DNA of 64,000 bases from Perkinsela sp. CCAP 1560/9 (taxonomy: Eukaryota > Protista > Euglenozoa: Kinetoplastea). Both the position numbers and the translations under genes were made by a program. The notes below the pieces were generated by a model. It ran no database searches, was not told where the DNA came from, and saw nothing but the letters and a program-made list of their open reading frames with translations. Below, piece after piece: positions 50,401 through 59,354 of the stretch; position 1 is the first letter of the stretch; every line of letters starts with the position of its first letter. Location of the stretch: the NCBI GenBank assembly GCA_965644495.1, contig CBFFSA010000006.1, positions 434,001 through 498,000 of the forward strand. The letters are read 5' to 3'.

Positions 50401-53400
50401 TAAATCAAATGCTTCGCCTAGTCATGGATACTCATCTGGCGGATTATATGACGGCCCGCAACAACGCATCTTTAACTTACAAAGACATGAATCATACCCA
50501 AAACTATGGTATTATTCGCGGTTTACAATTCGCTCCTTTTTTAATCCAATTTTGGGGTCTTGCCATTGATCTTACGATCCTTGGCCTCGCACGAGCTGCA
50601 GAGCTGTGTGATGGGCGTGATAGTCCATCTCACGCTATGAATTCCCGTACAGCATCCGATTTTCAGGCCCATCACATAAAAATGTATCTGAGGTATTTGG
50701 ATAAGGTTCATATACTTTATCGCTTTTCTCAACGGCATGCTTCTGATCTGATTGCCAAATTTCGACCCAAGTTGTCAGGAACTTCCGATTTGGGTAGAGA
50801 GATAAACTCTTATAAAATACATCAACATTGGCCCAAAGATATGCGTATGCGTCTGCTTAGTCACGATGTATGCCTTGGTCGTTCGACATTCGATTTTGTG
50901 AAAAAACGAATTCCGGTTTCTCTTGCATCTATCACATTGGAAAACACGTATATTTCGGTCTACTCTCGGGACAACCCCCAGCTTCAATTCTCTATGAATG
51001 GCTTCGAGGTATGCATTCGCCCTCGTGCGCGCATGCTTGACCCAGCGATCGTTCCTGAGGATCAAAATATTTGGTCCCTAATAGATCATATCTCAAAGGC
51101 TGCCACCGCGTTTGCGTATCTCCGAGTAGCGGAAGAAGAAGTAAAGCAGTTGGAAATTCGTCTTCGTTTAGTGCTACTAAACAGTGGACAAACTCCGTTT
51201 AAGAAACTGGTTGAAAAATGGAATACACAGCTAGCCGCTTTTGTTGCCTACTATCGAGAAGCAATTTATGGTACTCCAAGCGTCCTTCCGGTTTTACTAA
51301 AAGGGGAAACCAGAATACAAAATAGAATTAAAGTGCAACTTAACTCAAAGATGGCAAAACGTTTTCCCCCTGTTGTGTTCTATGCCCCCACGGATTTGTG
51401 GGGATTGGGTATGTTATCCGTTGGTCATTCCTTAATTCCACAAACCGACCTTAGGTATGGGAAGCAAAGTTTATCTGATACTACTCACTTTCTATCTGGG
51501 TTATCTCACGATGTAGGAGTGGAAATTCCGAACGTTTTGAGATACATAACACCGTGGCAAGAGGAGATGAACGAATCTGCGCGAGTGTGGAGAGAGTATC
51601 GCCTTAAAAGCGAAGACGCAACGCGGAATAATAGAAGGATTGTTTTGGAAGACATAAACGAAATGAGAGGACTTGGTGTCCCAAGAATTGCAACTGCATT
51701 TCAGGCTGATAAGCAAACGCTTCTGTATGATGTCGGGTGGCGCGTTCGACAGGAGTTTAAGGTTCACAACGTACAGCGACCACAACCTTTTTGGTACATG
51801 AATGTAAGACATGATGGCAAACTTTTCAATTTTGATAAATACAAGGCTGACGTCGTACAAACCTTTGGAGGGATTGAATCCATACTTTCTCATTCTATAT
51901 TTGGGGCGACAGGATACGAGGCCTGGGAAGGACTCGACTGGAACCGCATAAGCAAGTTTGAAGAAAACATGAAAGGAAAAAAGATTTCGCATGCACAGCG
52001 CGGGGGTTTAAGCAAGATTCCCAATCAACGTTTCGCGTTATGGTGGTCACCCACCCTGAATCGATCTTCGGTGTATATGGGGTTTTTAACGCAGATCGAC
52101 TTGACCGGAATCATGATGCACGCTAAATTACCGTTAGTCAAGGCGTCCTTGGTTCAGATTTTTCAAAATCATCTTTGGCAAAAAATTCATGAAGGGATTG
52201 TTGTCGATATATGCAAAGTCTTGGAAACAAGACTTAGCAAGCTTGGTATTCAATCGTTACAAAAGTGTCACACTGCTCCCCGAAAGAGCTTTCGAATGTC
52301 CAGTGGAAGTGCGGACATTACAATGTTGGCGACAGGGCGCTGGTCTCTCTCAAGGCCTTCTCTTCTCTCCGAGTCAGGGGATAAATTTTCGTTCACATCC
52401 GCAAAAAACTATTGGATCGATGTTCAAATTCGTTGGGGAGATTACGATTCCCATGATGCTGAGAAATACGCCCGTTCGAAATTTCTATCTTACACAACTA
52501 ACCGTGGAGAACAAATGTATCCTTGCCCAACAGGGGTAATGGTCGTCTTTGATTTAGCATATAACGTACATTCAGCTTATGGTTACTGGATACCTGGTCT
52601 GAAATCATTTCTTGAAGATGCGCTACAAAAGATACAGCTGTACAACACGGAACTTTATAGACTCCGAAGTAATCTTAATGCCAAACTACAACTTGCACCA
52701 CGAGAAAAGTCTGAGCCACCATTGTCCATACAGAATTGTGATGATTTGTTTTCTGGAAAAGCAGCTTGGATTGTCGATGGTTCATGTGCACATCTTGCTA
52801 TTCCTCAAAGGACTTTCGAAGGAAATCTCACTACGAAAGCCATCAACGGAGCAGTTCTTGTTATAAATCCGAAGAGTGGACAACTCTTTCTGCTTGTTGT
52901 ACATGCTGATACCTGGAAAGGACAACGTCGTTTGAGTAATTTGGCCAAGTTGAAAGTCGCAGAAAGCGTTGCCGCCCTCGTTCGTTCACTTCCAAAAGAT
53001 GAATATCCCAAGAGCATCATCAGCATGCAGAGGCATAGTTTAGAGGTCCTAAATGGAACTCTTTCTGGTCTTACAAATACTGTAATTAAAGGTTCAAATT
53101 TACTTGTTCCCTTCAGAGCTTTACTAAAGGTTCCGAAGATACATGAAATTGTTTCTACGGCTGCTAAGTCGCAGTCCCATATAATTGGCTTGTACGATGA
53201 TTGGCTTGATACTATTAGTCCATTAACCGCCTTCTTTCGCCTCCTCATTCTCCTTCGTGCTTTGAATGTGAACGAGAGTCGATGTCGCACTATTCTCCGT
53301 TCCGTAGCAAGATCCAACCCCTCTTCTCACCACATGTGGCCGAAACTGGAGGCTGGCGAGTGGCTACATGTTGAAACTTCTTTAAAAGATCTCATTGTTG

Positions 53401-54452
53401 CAGATTATTGCAAACGAAACGCAGTAGATGTATCTCGTATAACACCCACAGAGATTCGTGATATTTTGCTTGGGCAAGAAATTGCATCGCTCTCAGTTCA
53501 ACAAGCTCGAAGTGAACTTATTGATCGAGCAAAACAGACCATACAAACGGACGCTATTAGAAAGTCGGGAAAAATAAAAGAATCACGAAAGGGTAACACA
53601 AAGTCATTCGTACCTCGTAGCCATCATAGTAAAACGGAATGGAGACAACGTGCTCTTGCTACGCGTGCCAGGCCTGAAGTAAGTGAAGTTGACACGCTTT
53701 CTCCGAAGCATGTGCAGTCACGTGAAAGCGTAATTTTGCCTAGCAACATTCTTTATATGGTTTCACGTTGTTCAGACGTGTACAATAAAGTGGTCGTTCT
53801 GCTTTATGGTAGGAAACTTGAAGCGCAGTGCCAAGTAATATGCGCAGTTTTTCCCGCTCAAATTGGTACACATGAAAATGTTACGTTCTCCTACCGACAG
53901 TCTGAACACCCATTGCTCAATTCCTTAACACTTATTGGCGTCCTCACAACTTGTTTCGAACTTGAATATAAACCAACGAACTCAGATTTGATAATGATGA
54001 CTAACGTAGCGAAAGATAATTATTCGGATGCTCATGACTTGTTTTACATAACTGTGTTTCTACACGGAGGCAAGGCAACTTTGGCAACATATCGCACTTC
54101 CTCCAGTGGGAACGAAGTAATCAAAAATTTGTCAGGCAACCCAAATGAAGATTCCTCTACTACTGAGCTATTAGAAAATGCTTTCGCACAGTGTGAAATA
54201 CAGCTTGGACAAGAATCATCCGGCTTTTATTTGGTTCCAGAAGACGGAATATGGAATTATAGCTTTCTGGGCGTTTCACCACCGCAGTATCCGAGCACTC
54301 TTATAGTAGATGCACCCCATGATTATCATAATCCATATCACAGAAAAGAGCACTTTATTCGATCAAACGTTGAAACGACAACTTATTCTTCTCCTGTTCA
54401 AGAAGTTGATTCCCATTTTATTGCAGATCTTGGAGATGATATGGCATGGTAG
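47469..54452 (+). CDS. PRP8: U5 snRNP core splicing factor PRP8, divergent
   Basis: ENIPMPWE, YRYKYR, RFNTGPVGKGPG, RFPPVVFY, RFALWWSP, HLWQKIHE, RWGDYDSHD, TFEGNLTTK. Confidence 0.98.
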   Translation: MNAPFNNAALERMEHDWINANKRKYCPDHTSKVHSTARDALPVEYLRKLVRDNCDLTGKKNREERALHVSALRYLPQAIMKLWENIPMPWETVREATVAFHTTGALTIITETPKVLSSVFKAQWGAMWTRMRKEKSIRVHFLRAQVTPVFDDEEPPVDYGDVVLDLPEQDSVPFDLDETENEKAMELLLATTNLSGNEGVIIPIQTQLTFFRQCRILAGEVGDSNYFYLFATDTFLTGKALGVAIPGAPRFQPLYHDAHDEEEWTEFNDLNKAVIRQPLRTEHQLAFPHLYNSRPRNVSISSYHFPLMMYLRCVDPELDAFSYDPCVCPVPYSKTIHDCDRDGGFHEINNMPLDFMPFFSNLPLCTTSTAPAVELFWTNLTSRREFPLCRTEIQLVNSWSKERSLDSLPAKVRISYQKILKQHTHNSMVKRKKDFGICEKQDNPHQVSLRSSKQSLGDFLLESRNFISSRVDWLEAGLQLCRQAHNMLTLLLQRRNMDFLHLDYNFHLKPVKALTTRQRKRSRLGPAFHLPREIMGLTKSMLDLHVKHRLGELDAFQLADALQYLFTHVGKLTGLYRYKYRIMRQIKWAKDIKHILYYRFNTGPVGKGPGMGFWVPVWQMWLSFFRGIVPVVQRYISNMLSREFEGRNVKGNAKKVTKQRSEANYDRELRQTITQEVADMIPPGMREKKIKLVLQHFSEAWRRRKSNQPWRVLGLSPNIEALILRFVKRKEEWWAMSAQQNRMRVISGQAVDKASVRKNHGRLVRLQLKTEQERQKDWISNGPYLSTNDFTGIYTLMAKWLASQKFQPIPFPPVNYKHDMKILRLALDKLKENHGAPGSRTTSTAKTEQLKIEEAFNNPQSTINGIKKRLMQMRSFKDMTIEYVDFFTHMLPVYDIEPDEKIMDAYLTQYLFYESSRRGLFPSWIKPSDDLPNPARLYNWCQSINNVPGVWETSRGESTIYVETKIEHLSDKVEHTLLNQMLRLVMDTHLADYMTARNNASLTYKDMNHTQNYGIIRGLQFAPFLIQFWGLAIDLTILGLARAAELCDGRDSPSHAMNSRTASDFQAHHIKMYLRYLDKVHILYRFSQRHASDLIAKFRPKLSGTSDLGREINSYKIHQHWPKDMRMRLLSHDVCLGRSTFDFVKKRIPVSLASITLENTYISVYSRDNPQLQFSMNGFEVCIRPRARMLDPAIVPEDQNIWSLIDHISKAATAFAYLRVAEEEVKQLEIRLRLVLLNSGQTPFKKLVEKWNTQLAAFVAYYREAIYGTPSVLPVLLKGETRIQNRIKVQLNSKMAKRFPPVVFYAPTDLWGLGMLSVGHSLIPQTDLRYGKQSLSDTTHFLSGLSHDVGVEIPNVLRYITPWQEEMNESARVWREYRLKSEDATRNNRRIVLEDINEMRGLGVPRIATAFQADKQTLLYDVGWRVRQEFKVHNVQRPQPFWYMNVRHDGKLFNFDKYKADVVQTFGGIESILSHSIFGATGYEAWEGLDWNRISKFEENMKGKKISHAQRGGLSKIPNQRFALWWSPTLNRSSVYMGFLTQIDLTGIMMHAKLPLVKASLVQIFQNHLWQKIHEGIVVDICKVLETRLSKLGIQSLQKCHTAPRKSFRMSSGSADITMLATGRWSLSRPSLLSESGDKFSFTSAKNYWIDVQIRWGDYDSHDAEKYARSKFLSYTTNRGEQMYPCPTGVMVVFDLAYNVHSAYGYWIPGLKSFLEDALQKIQLYNTELYRLRSNLNAKLQLAPREKSEPPLSIQNCDDLFSGKAAWIVDGSCAHLAIPQRTFEGNLTTKAINGAVLVINPKSGQLFLLVVHADTWKGQRRLSNLAKLKVAESVAALVRSLPKDEYPKSIISMQRHSLEVLNGTLSGLTNTVIKGSNLLVPFRALLKVPKIHEIVSTAAKSQSHIIGLYDDWLDTISPLTAFFRLLILLRALNVNESRCRTILRSVARSNPSSHHMWPKLEAGEWLHVETSLKDLIVADYCKRNAVDVSRITPTEIRDILLGQEIASLSVQQARSELIDRAKQTIQTDAIRKSGKIKESRKGNTKSFVPRSHHSKTEWRQRALATRARPEVSEVDTLSPKHVQSRESVILPSNILYMVSRCSDVYNKVVVLLYGRKLEAQCQVICAVFPAQIGTHENVTFSYRQSEHPLLNSLTLIGVLTTCFELEYKPTNSDLIMMTNVAKDNYSDAHDLFYITVFLHGGKATLATYRTSSSGNEVIKNLSGNPNEDSSTTELLENAFAQCEIQLGQESSGFYLVPEDGIWNYSFLGVSPPQYPSTLIVDAPHDYHNPYHRKEHFIRSNVETTTYSSPVQEVDSHFIADLGDDMAW

Positions 54453-55036
54453 CATGTTCTGATTCCGGAAAAAGTGTATCATAGGTGTCTGCATTACACC
54501 GTGGTATTGTTTTCCGCTGCGTGTAGAGCACGTACGTTTTATGAGCAAAGTGGGGATATGCACCCTCACAAAATTTTGAACAATTCGATTATTTATACTG
54601 GTATCCCTTCTTGTGATATAGAATCTCACAAGAAGATATAAATGGGATTTCCATGTTGCAGACAATTTTTATTACGGCTTTATTATTTTTGTAAACAGCG
54701 CAGTATATTTTGATGCGATTCTGTATATCAATTAAACGCTTTGATTGTGTGAACTGAGTGGGCAACTCGTACGTATCGTAGGAATTTCATTTTACACACT
54801 TCCATATAGTAGTTGAACTATTATACAGGAACCAAGTTCCTGTGTCACGAAATAGTATTCCTGGAATGAAGAGGTCATGTACACCTCTATTATGGCATAG
54901 TAACTACCTCATGCAAAGCGCTTCATTGTTTCTTCTAGTGTTCTAGTTTTGTGGTTCTTTTAACAATATGATGTTAATATTGTACTATCAAGTAATTTGT
55001 GTGTACGATTTTGTTTCTCACAAATTCTCCTTATTT

Positions 55037-57208
55037 ATGACTTCATCTGACGCAGGTATTTACGATGAATCAAGTGAGATCGCCTCTTTGCCTGCGAGAT
55101 TTATCATTAAGTCCAAGAGAAGAGGACAATCCATATCTTGCAAGCGTCACGTTTTAGTCAAGCCTGAAGGGGGCGGACCTTTACATGCGCTTTTACGTGG
55201 CGCAAGGAAGGGGGAAACACTCCAGATAGATACTTTACCGGAATGCTTCTTACAGGAATCTTCGTCACCCGATTGTTCCAATGAAGGTGTGGATGCAGAA
55301 AATAAAGCATTCGAAGTGGAAGTCTGCGATAGGTTTACGCAGTATGACGTAAGTGCAGGTAATAGCGATTTTTTCGTTAAAGAAATATTATCGTCCAGCA
55401 AAGACGTTGATTTATTTACCCCAGATTTTGAAAGTAAGGTAGCCGTGGACATTAATGAGGTGATAGATCTCGATTCCTTTTTTCAGCAATTAAGCGAGCA
55501 CGAAAACAATTTTCAAGAAGTGGAGATTGGAGATGGACGACTTTCACGGCACTTTGAAGACGCAATTTGCTCAATGAAATCAAACGAAGTGGCTTTATTT
55601 ATGTTTCCTTCTTTGCTTTCCGATGCAAAAGAAAATTCGCAACCTCCATCCGAAAAATACTACCGCTTTGAGCTTCGTTCTCATTCAAGAGTGTGTGCCT
55701 TACATTTAGATGATGCAGAAAATATTAGGCACGCTGAGCAAAGAAAAATTGAAGGCAATACTTTATTGAAGAAAGATAATTTGCCTTTGGCTGAGAAAAA
55801 ATATCTCCGAGGCCTTGAATTTGTCGCTCAAATAGGCAAAAAAGGTTTAAATTTCTTGTTGAAGAAACTTTCTACCACAATATCTTTGTATAATAATCTT
55901 TCTTTGGTCTACCTGCGTCAACATAATTGGCACAAAGTAGTCGATGCCAGTTCAAAATCAATAGCTCTAAATTCCAAACCGAACGAAAACACCAAGGCAT
56001 ACCTCCGAAGAGGGGTCGCATACCGTTTTCTTATAGAATTCACCAACTCTAGACGGGACTTCGAAATGATTCTTTCATGTGATCCGAATGACACCGAGGC
56101 ATTGCATCAAATGAAGACTTTACAGGAAACGTTGCACAATCATGAGACGTATGAGAAGCGTGTATATCGAAAAGCCTTTGCGAAAGGCTTTGATTACGAC
56201 GATGTACGCTATCAAGGATATGTCTGCTCTTGGAGTAGATCAAAGGGTTGTGGAAGAATTCGTCACGTTGAGACTAAAAACGAGTATTTTGTACATTTTA
56301 CTGATGTACGTACCTGCCGTGATCCCGCTCAGCTCTATGTCGGCGAGCGGCTGGAATTTCAACCAATAAAAACAGAAGAAAGACTGAGAGCAGGAGATGT
56401 CACGTTGCCTGGTGGTATTCGAATTCCGAAAGTAGAGGAATTTTCCAAAGAGATGGATCCGCAGAAACAAGTGGAACAGAGCATCAAGAAAGCCCTTTGG
56501 GAAGCTGAGCTCGAAAAGAATACTTCAGAATTTGGCCTGGGGTCGGTTTCCTCCGAATCAAATAGACACTTTACATATGGAACATGCAAAGAGTGGAACC
56601 TAGATCGAGGATTTGGTGTTATCACTAATGATAAAATTGAATCTACAGAGTATTTCGTTCATTGTAGAGATATTTTGAGTTGTCTAAAACCTCGTAAGGC
56701 TTTATTTGTTGGCGAAAAGGTGCGTTTTGAAGTAGACGAAACGGAAATTGGACGACGCCGAAAACGTGCCATTCGGGTTACTTCGCCTAATGGGCAAGAA
56801 TGTAGCGGTATCGAATGTCTTTCACAAGAAGAGCAAGAAAGATCGATTCAAGGAGGACGAAAACTCCAGAAGCCTTCTCGATCGAATGAAGAAACAGGTC
56901 TACTACAGCGAAGACATACGGGAAAGTGTATAAAATGGATTTACGAACGGGGCTTCGGTTTCGTAGAGTCGTACGACACTGAAGTGGAGTATTTTGTGCA
57001 CGCAACTTGCTTGGAAAAATGCAATGGAAAAATCAAAGCTTTGCGCATAGACGAAGAAGTTGAATTTGATGTAGAAACAAAAAATGGAAGACAGCGCGCC
57101 ACAGCCGTAACCGCCATTGGGGGATCTCCTGTTTCAGGATTACAAGAAATTCCAGATGCAGATGCTCCTATGGAAGCTAAAATTGTTCAAAATGAAAGTA
57201 TTGAGTGA
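55037..57208 (+). CDS. FKBP-like/TPR protein fused to three cold-shock domains
   Basis: FKBP-like EIGDG..FEDAICSMK; TPR RKIEGN..KKYLRG, KAYLRRG; three CSDs with G(C/F)G + YFVH motifs. Confidence 0.88.
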   Translation: MTSSDAGIYDESSEIASLPARFIIKSKRRGQSISCKRHVLVKPEGGGPLHALLRGARKGETLQIDTLPECFLQESSSPDCSNEGVDAENKAFEVEVCDRFTQYDVSAGNSDFFVKEILSSSKDVDLFTPDFESKVAVDINEVIDLDSFFQQLSEHENNFQEVEIGDGRLSRHFEDAICSMKSNEVALFMFPSLLSDAKENSQPPSEKYYRFELRSHSRVCALHLDDAENIRHAEQRKIEGNTLLKKDNLPLAEKKYLRGLEFVAQIGKKGLNFLLKKLSTTISLYNNLSLVYLRQHNWHKVVDASSKSIALNSKPNENTKAYLRRGVAYRFLIEFTNSRRDFEMILSCDPNDTEALHQMKTLQETLHNHETYEKRVYRKAFAKGFDYDDVRYQGYVCSWSRSKGCGRIRHVETKNEYFVHFTDVRTCRDPAQLYVGERLEFQPIKTEERLRAGDVTLPGGIRIPKVEEFSKEMDPQKQVEQSIKKALWEAELEKNTSEFGLGSVSSESNRHFTYGTCKEWNLDRGFGVITNDKIESTEYFVHCRDILSCLKPRKALFVGEKVRFEVDETEIGRRRKRAIRVTSPNGQECSGIECLSQEEQERSIQGGRKLQKPSRSNEETGLLQRRHTGKCIKWIYERGFGFVESYDTEVEYFVHATCLEKCNGKIKALRIDEEVEFDVETKNGRQRATAVTAIGGSPVSGLQEIPDADAPMEAKIVQNESIE

Positions 57209-57544
57209 AAGTCTACTTTTAATCTTTTTATTCTGTACTTTCTTAGATATCTTTTTTCAACACGTACAATACTATAACTCTTCTTCTGCAATGCGTGTAT
57301 TATAGTTCTATCTATTCTTGTTTGTAGTTTCGTTTTCTCCTAATATTTGTTTTCTGCTACGTGAATTTCTTTTCAAAAATACGACACACGTATCATGCAG
57401 TGTGCAGCTCAGACGTTATCTCTCCTTTTGCTCTTAGCAATCACTGGAAATTAATGTATCCATAACTCCAGTAAGATACAGTAAGCATAAAATACGAATT
57501 TGTACAAATAATACATATCCCTCCTTTTCTGTTTTTGAACTGTC

Positions 57545-58801
57545 ATGCCCGAATTTGACAGTAGCACAGACGATTATGATGAAAACATAAACTACGGCGA
57601 TGCGAAGGATGAGACTATTCCTAAAATTGGAGTTCAGATGGACTTAGCACAAAGTGAGGGACATGTTCAAAAGACATTACTTGAAATTGGTGAAGGCAAG
57701 GCAATTGGATCTTCACGCGCCGTAGTTCGACTCCTGTACAGTGCACAAGATGCAGATTCATGCTGTGAGTCAGAGTTTGAAGGTTTTTCCGACTACAATA
57801 AACCACTCTCGGTTGAGTTGTGGAAGGACGAGGAGTCAGATTTTCCTAGGGGTTTTACCATGGCCCTTCGAAGCATGAAGAAGAAGGAAAAGGCCGCGTT
57901 TCTTGTATCCCCGAAATACGCTTATGGGGACAAAGGTTACAAATCTCTCCCCTCTGGTCACAGAGTTAAATATGAGATTGAAATTGTTTCATGGGCTCCG
58001 ATTGAAGACGTCAGTAAGGAGCGCGACAACTCAGTTATTAAGCAACAAATCGAAGAAGGCGATACTACCTCCTACTATACTCCGGAATATGAAACTCTAG
58101 TCACGGTAGATATTCTTGGGCATAAAGGCAAAGACAAAGTAATGGATAAACAAAACATTTCAATTCAAATCGGTAATGAAGAATTGTCGGACAATTTAGA
58201 ACGAGCTATTTCTCGCATGAAGAAAGGAGAAAGATCTGAAGTAACGATCAGCGACGTGACAGGCCCTGTAGAAGTATATGAAATCAAGCTGCACAACTTT
58301 AAACGAGTTGATCCATGGGCGGCGAAAGGACCAGAAAAAACAGAGGAGGCAAGACAGCGCAAAGACGATGGCAATAAACTTTGGAGGGAAAACAAACTTG
58401 TGAGAGCAGCACAGAAATATAAACGAGGGCTTGAGTTTCTCACCAGTGAATATGGGTTAAACGATGCAGAACTTTCTGCATTCAAAGATCTCAAGGTTCA
58501 GCTGCACAATAATTACGCACTGGTTTGTGAGAAACAATATCTGTGGAAAGAAGTTGTCGAACACTGTACGGGTTCATTGCAACAATGTAATGATGCGCAG
58601 ATTAACACCAAAGCTTATTTAAGACGAGGTGTTGCGAATCGTCACCTTGGGAATTTTTGCGATGCACATCGCGATCTTGAGAAAATCCGTGGTTCAAAAA
58701 GCGCGGCGAGCAATGTCAACGCAGAGCTTCAGATCCTGAATGCGCTGGAAAAGGCACAATACGAAAAAGAAAAAGTTCTCTACGGAAGAATGTTTATGTA
58801 G
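57545..58801 (+). CDS. FKBP-FKBP-TPR immunophilin (FKBP4/ROF1-like Hsp90 co-chaperone)
   Basis: ALRSMKKKEKA..PKYAYG, LERAISRMKKGE, RKDDGN..QKYKRG, KAYLRRG, EKVLYGRMF. Confidence 0.9.
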   Translation: MPEFDSSTDDYDENINYGDAKDETIPKIGVQMDLAQSEGHVQKTLLEIGEGKAIGSSRAVVRLLYSAQDADSCCESEFEGFSDYNKPLSVELWKDEESDFPRGFTMALRSMKKKEKAAFLVSPKYAYGDKGYKSLPSGHRVKYEIEIVSWAPIEDVSKERDNSVIKQQIEEGDTTSYYTPEYETLVTVDILGHKGKDKVMDKQNISIQIGNEELSDNLERAISRMKKGERSEVTISDVTGPVEVYEIKLHNFKRVDPWAAKGPEKTEEARQRKDDGNKLWRENKLVRAAQKYKRGLEFLTSEYGLNDAELSAFKDLKVQLHNNYALVCEKQYLWKEVVEHCTGSLQQCNDAQINTKAYLRRGVANRHLGNFCDAHRDLEKIRGSKSAASNVNAELQILNALEKAQYEKEKVLYGRMFM

Positions 58802-59354
58802 GTTTTGTCCGTAAATACTGCAAAATCATATTCCACTACAATGTGACTGCAAAGATACTACATTGTAAGGATAGAGCTGATTATTTGCATTCTGTTGCGA
58901 GTTTTTTTCTAGGTTCTAAACGGTCGTCAAATTCTACAAGATTTGGCCAGAGCATATCAACGCATTAAAGGTATTATTCGATCTAAATGCTTCTAAGCAT
59001 TTATTTGTTTCATTGTTCAGTTCAATGTCCAGGGTGATATGAGATAAAAAATCTTACGCTGTATATGCATGCAGGTACAAATGCATCATGTATAAATGTA
59101 TTTATAAGCTTGTGTGACGCATACAAATAATACAGTAGGAAGTAGTCCATGTACGTTTGTCCATATAGTACATGGATGTATATGGATAAATGCGAGCATG
59201 TTATACTCGAAATTCTGGCCATGTGTATGACCGCAATGGTGTACTTCTAACATGTGTTCTAACATGCACCCTTCTAGCACGTGTTCTATATACATCCTAC
59301 ATCTGCATTAATGTACTTATGTATGCGTGTACCTACGCGGTCCAATAGTGTTGC

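Noticed and set aside
51930-51970. PRP8 intein insertion site
   Set aside because: Sequence is colinear with no insertion
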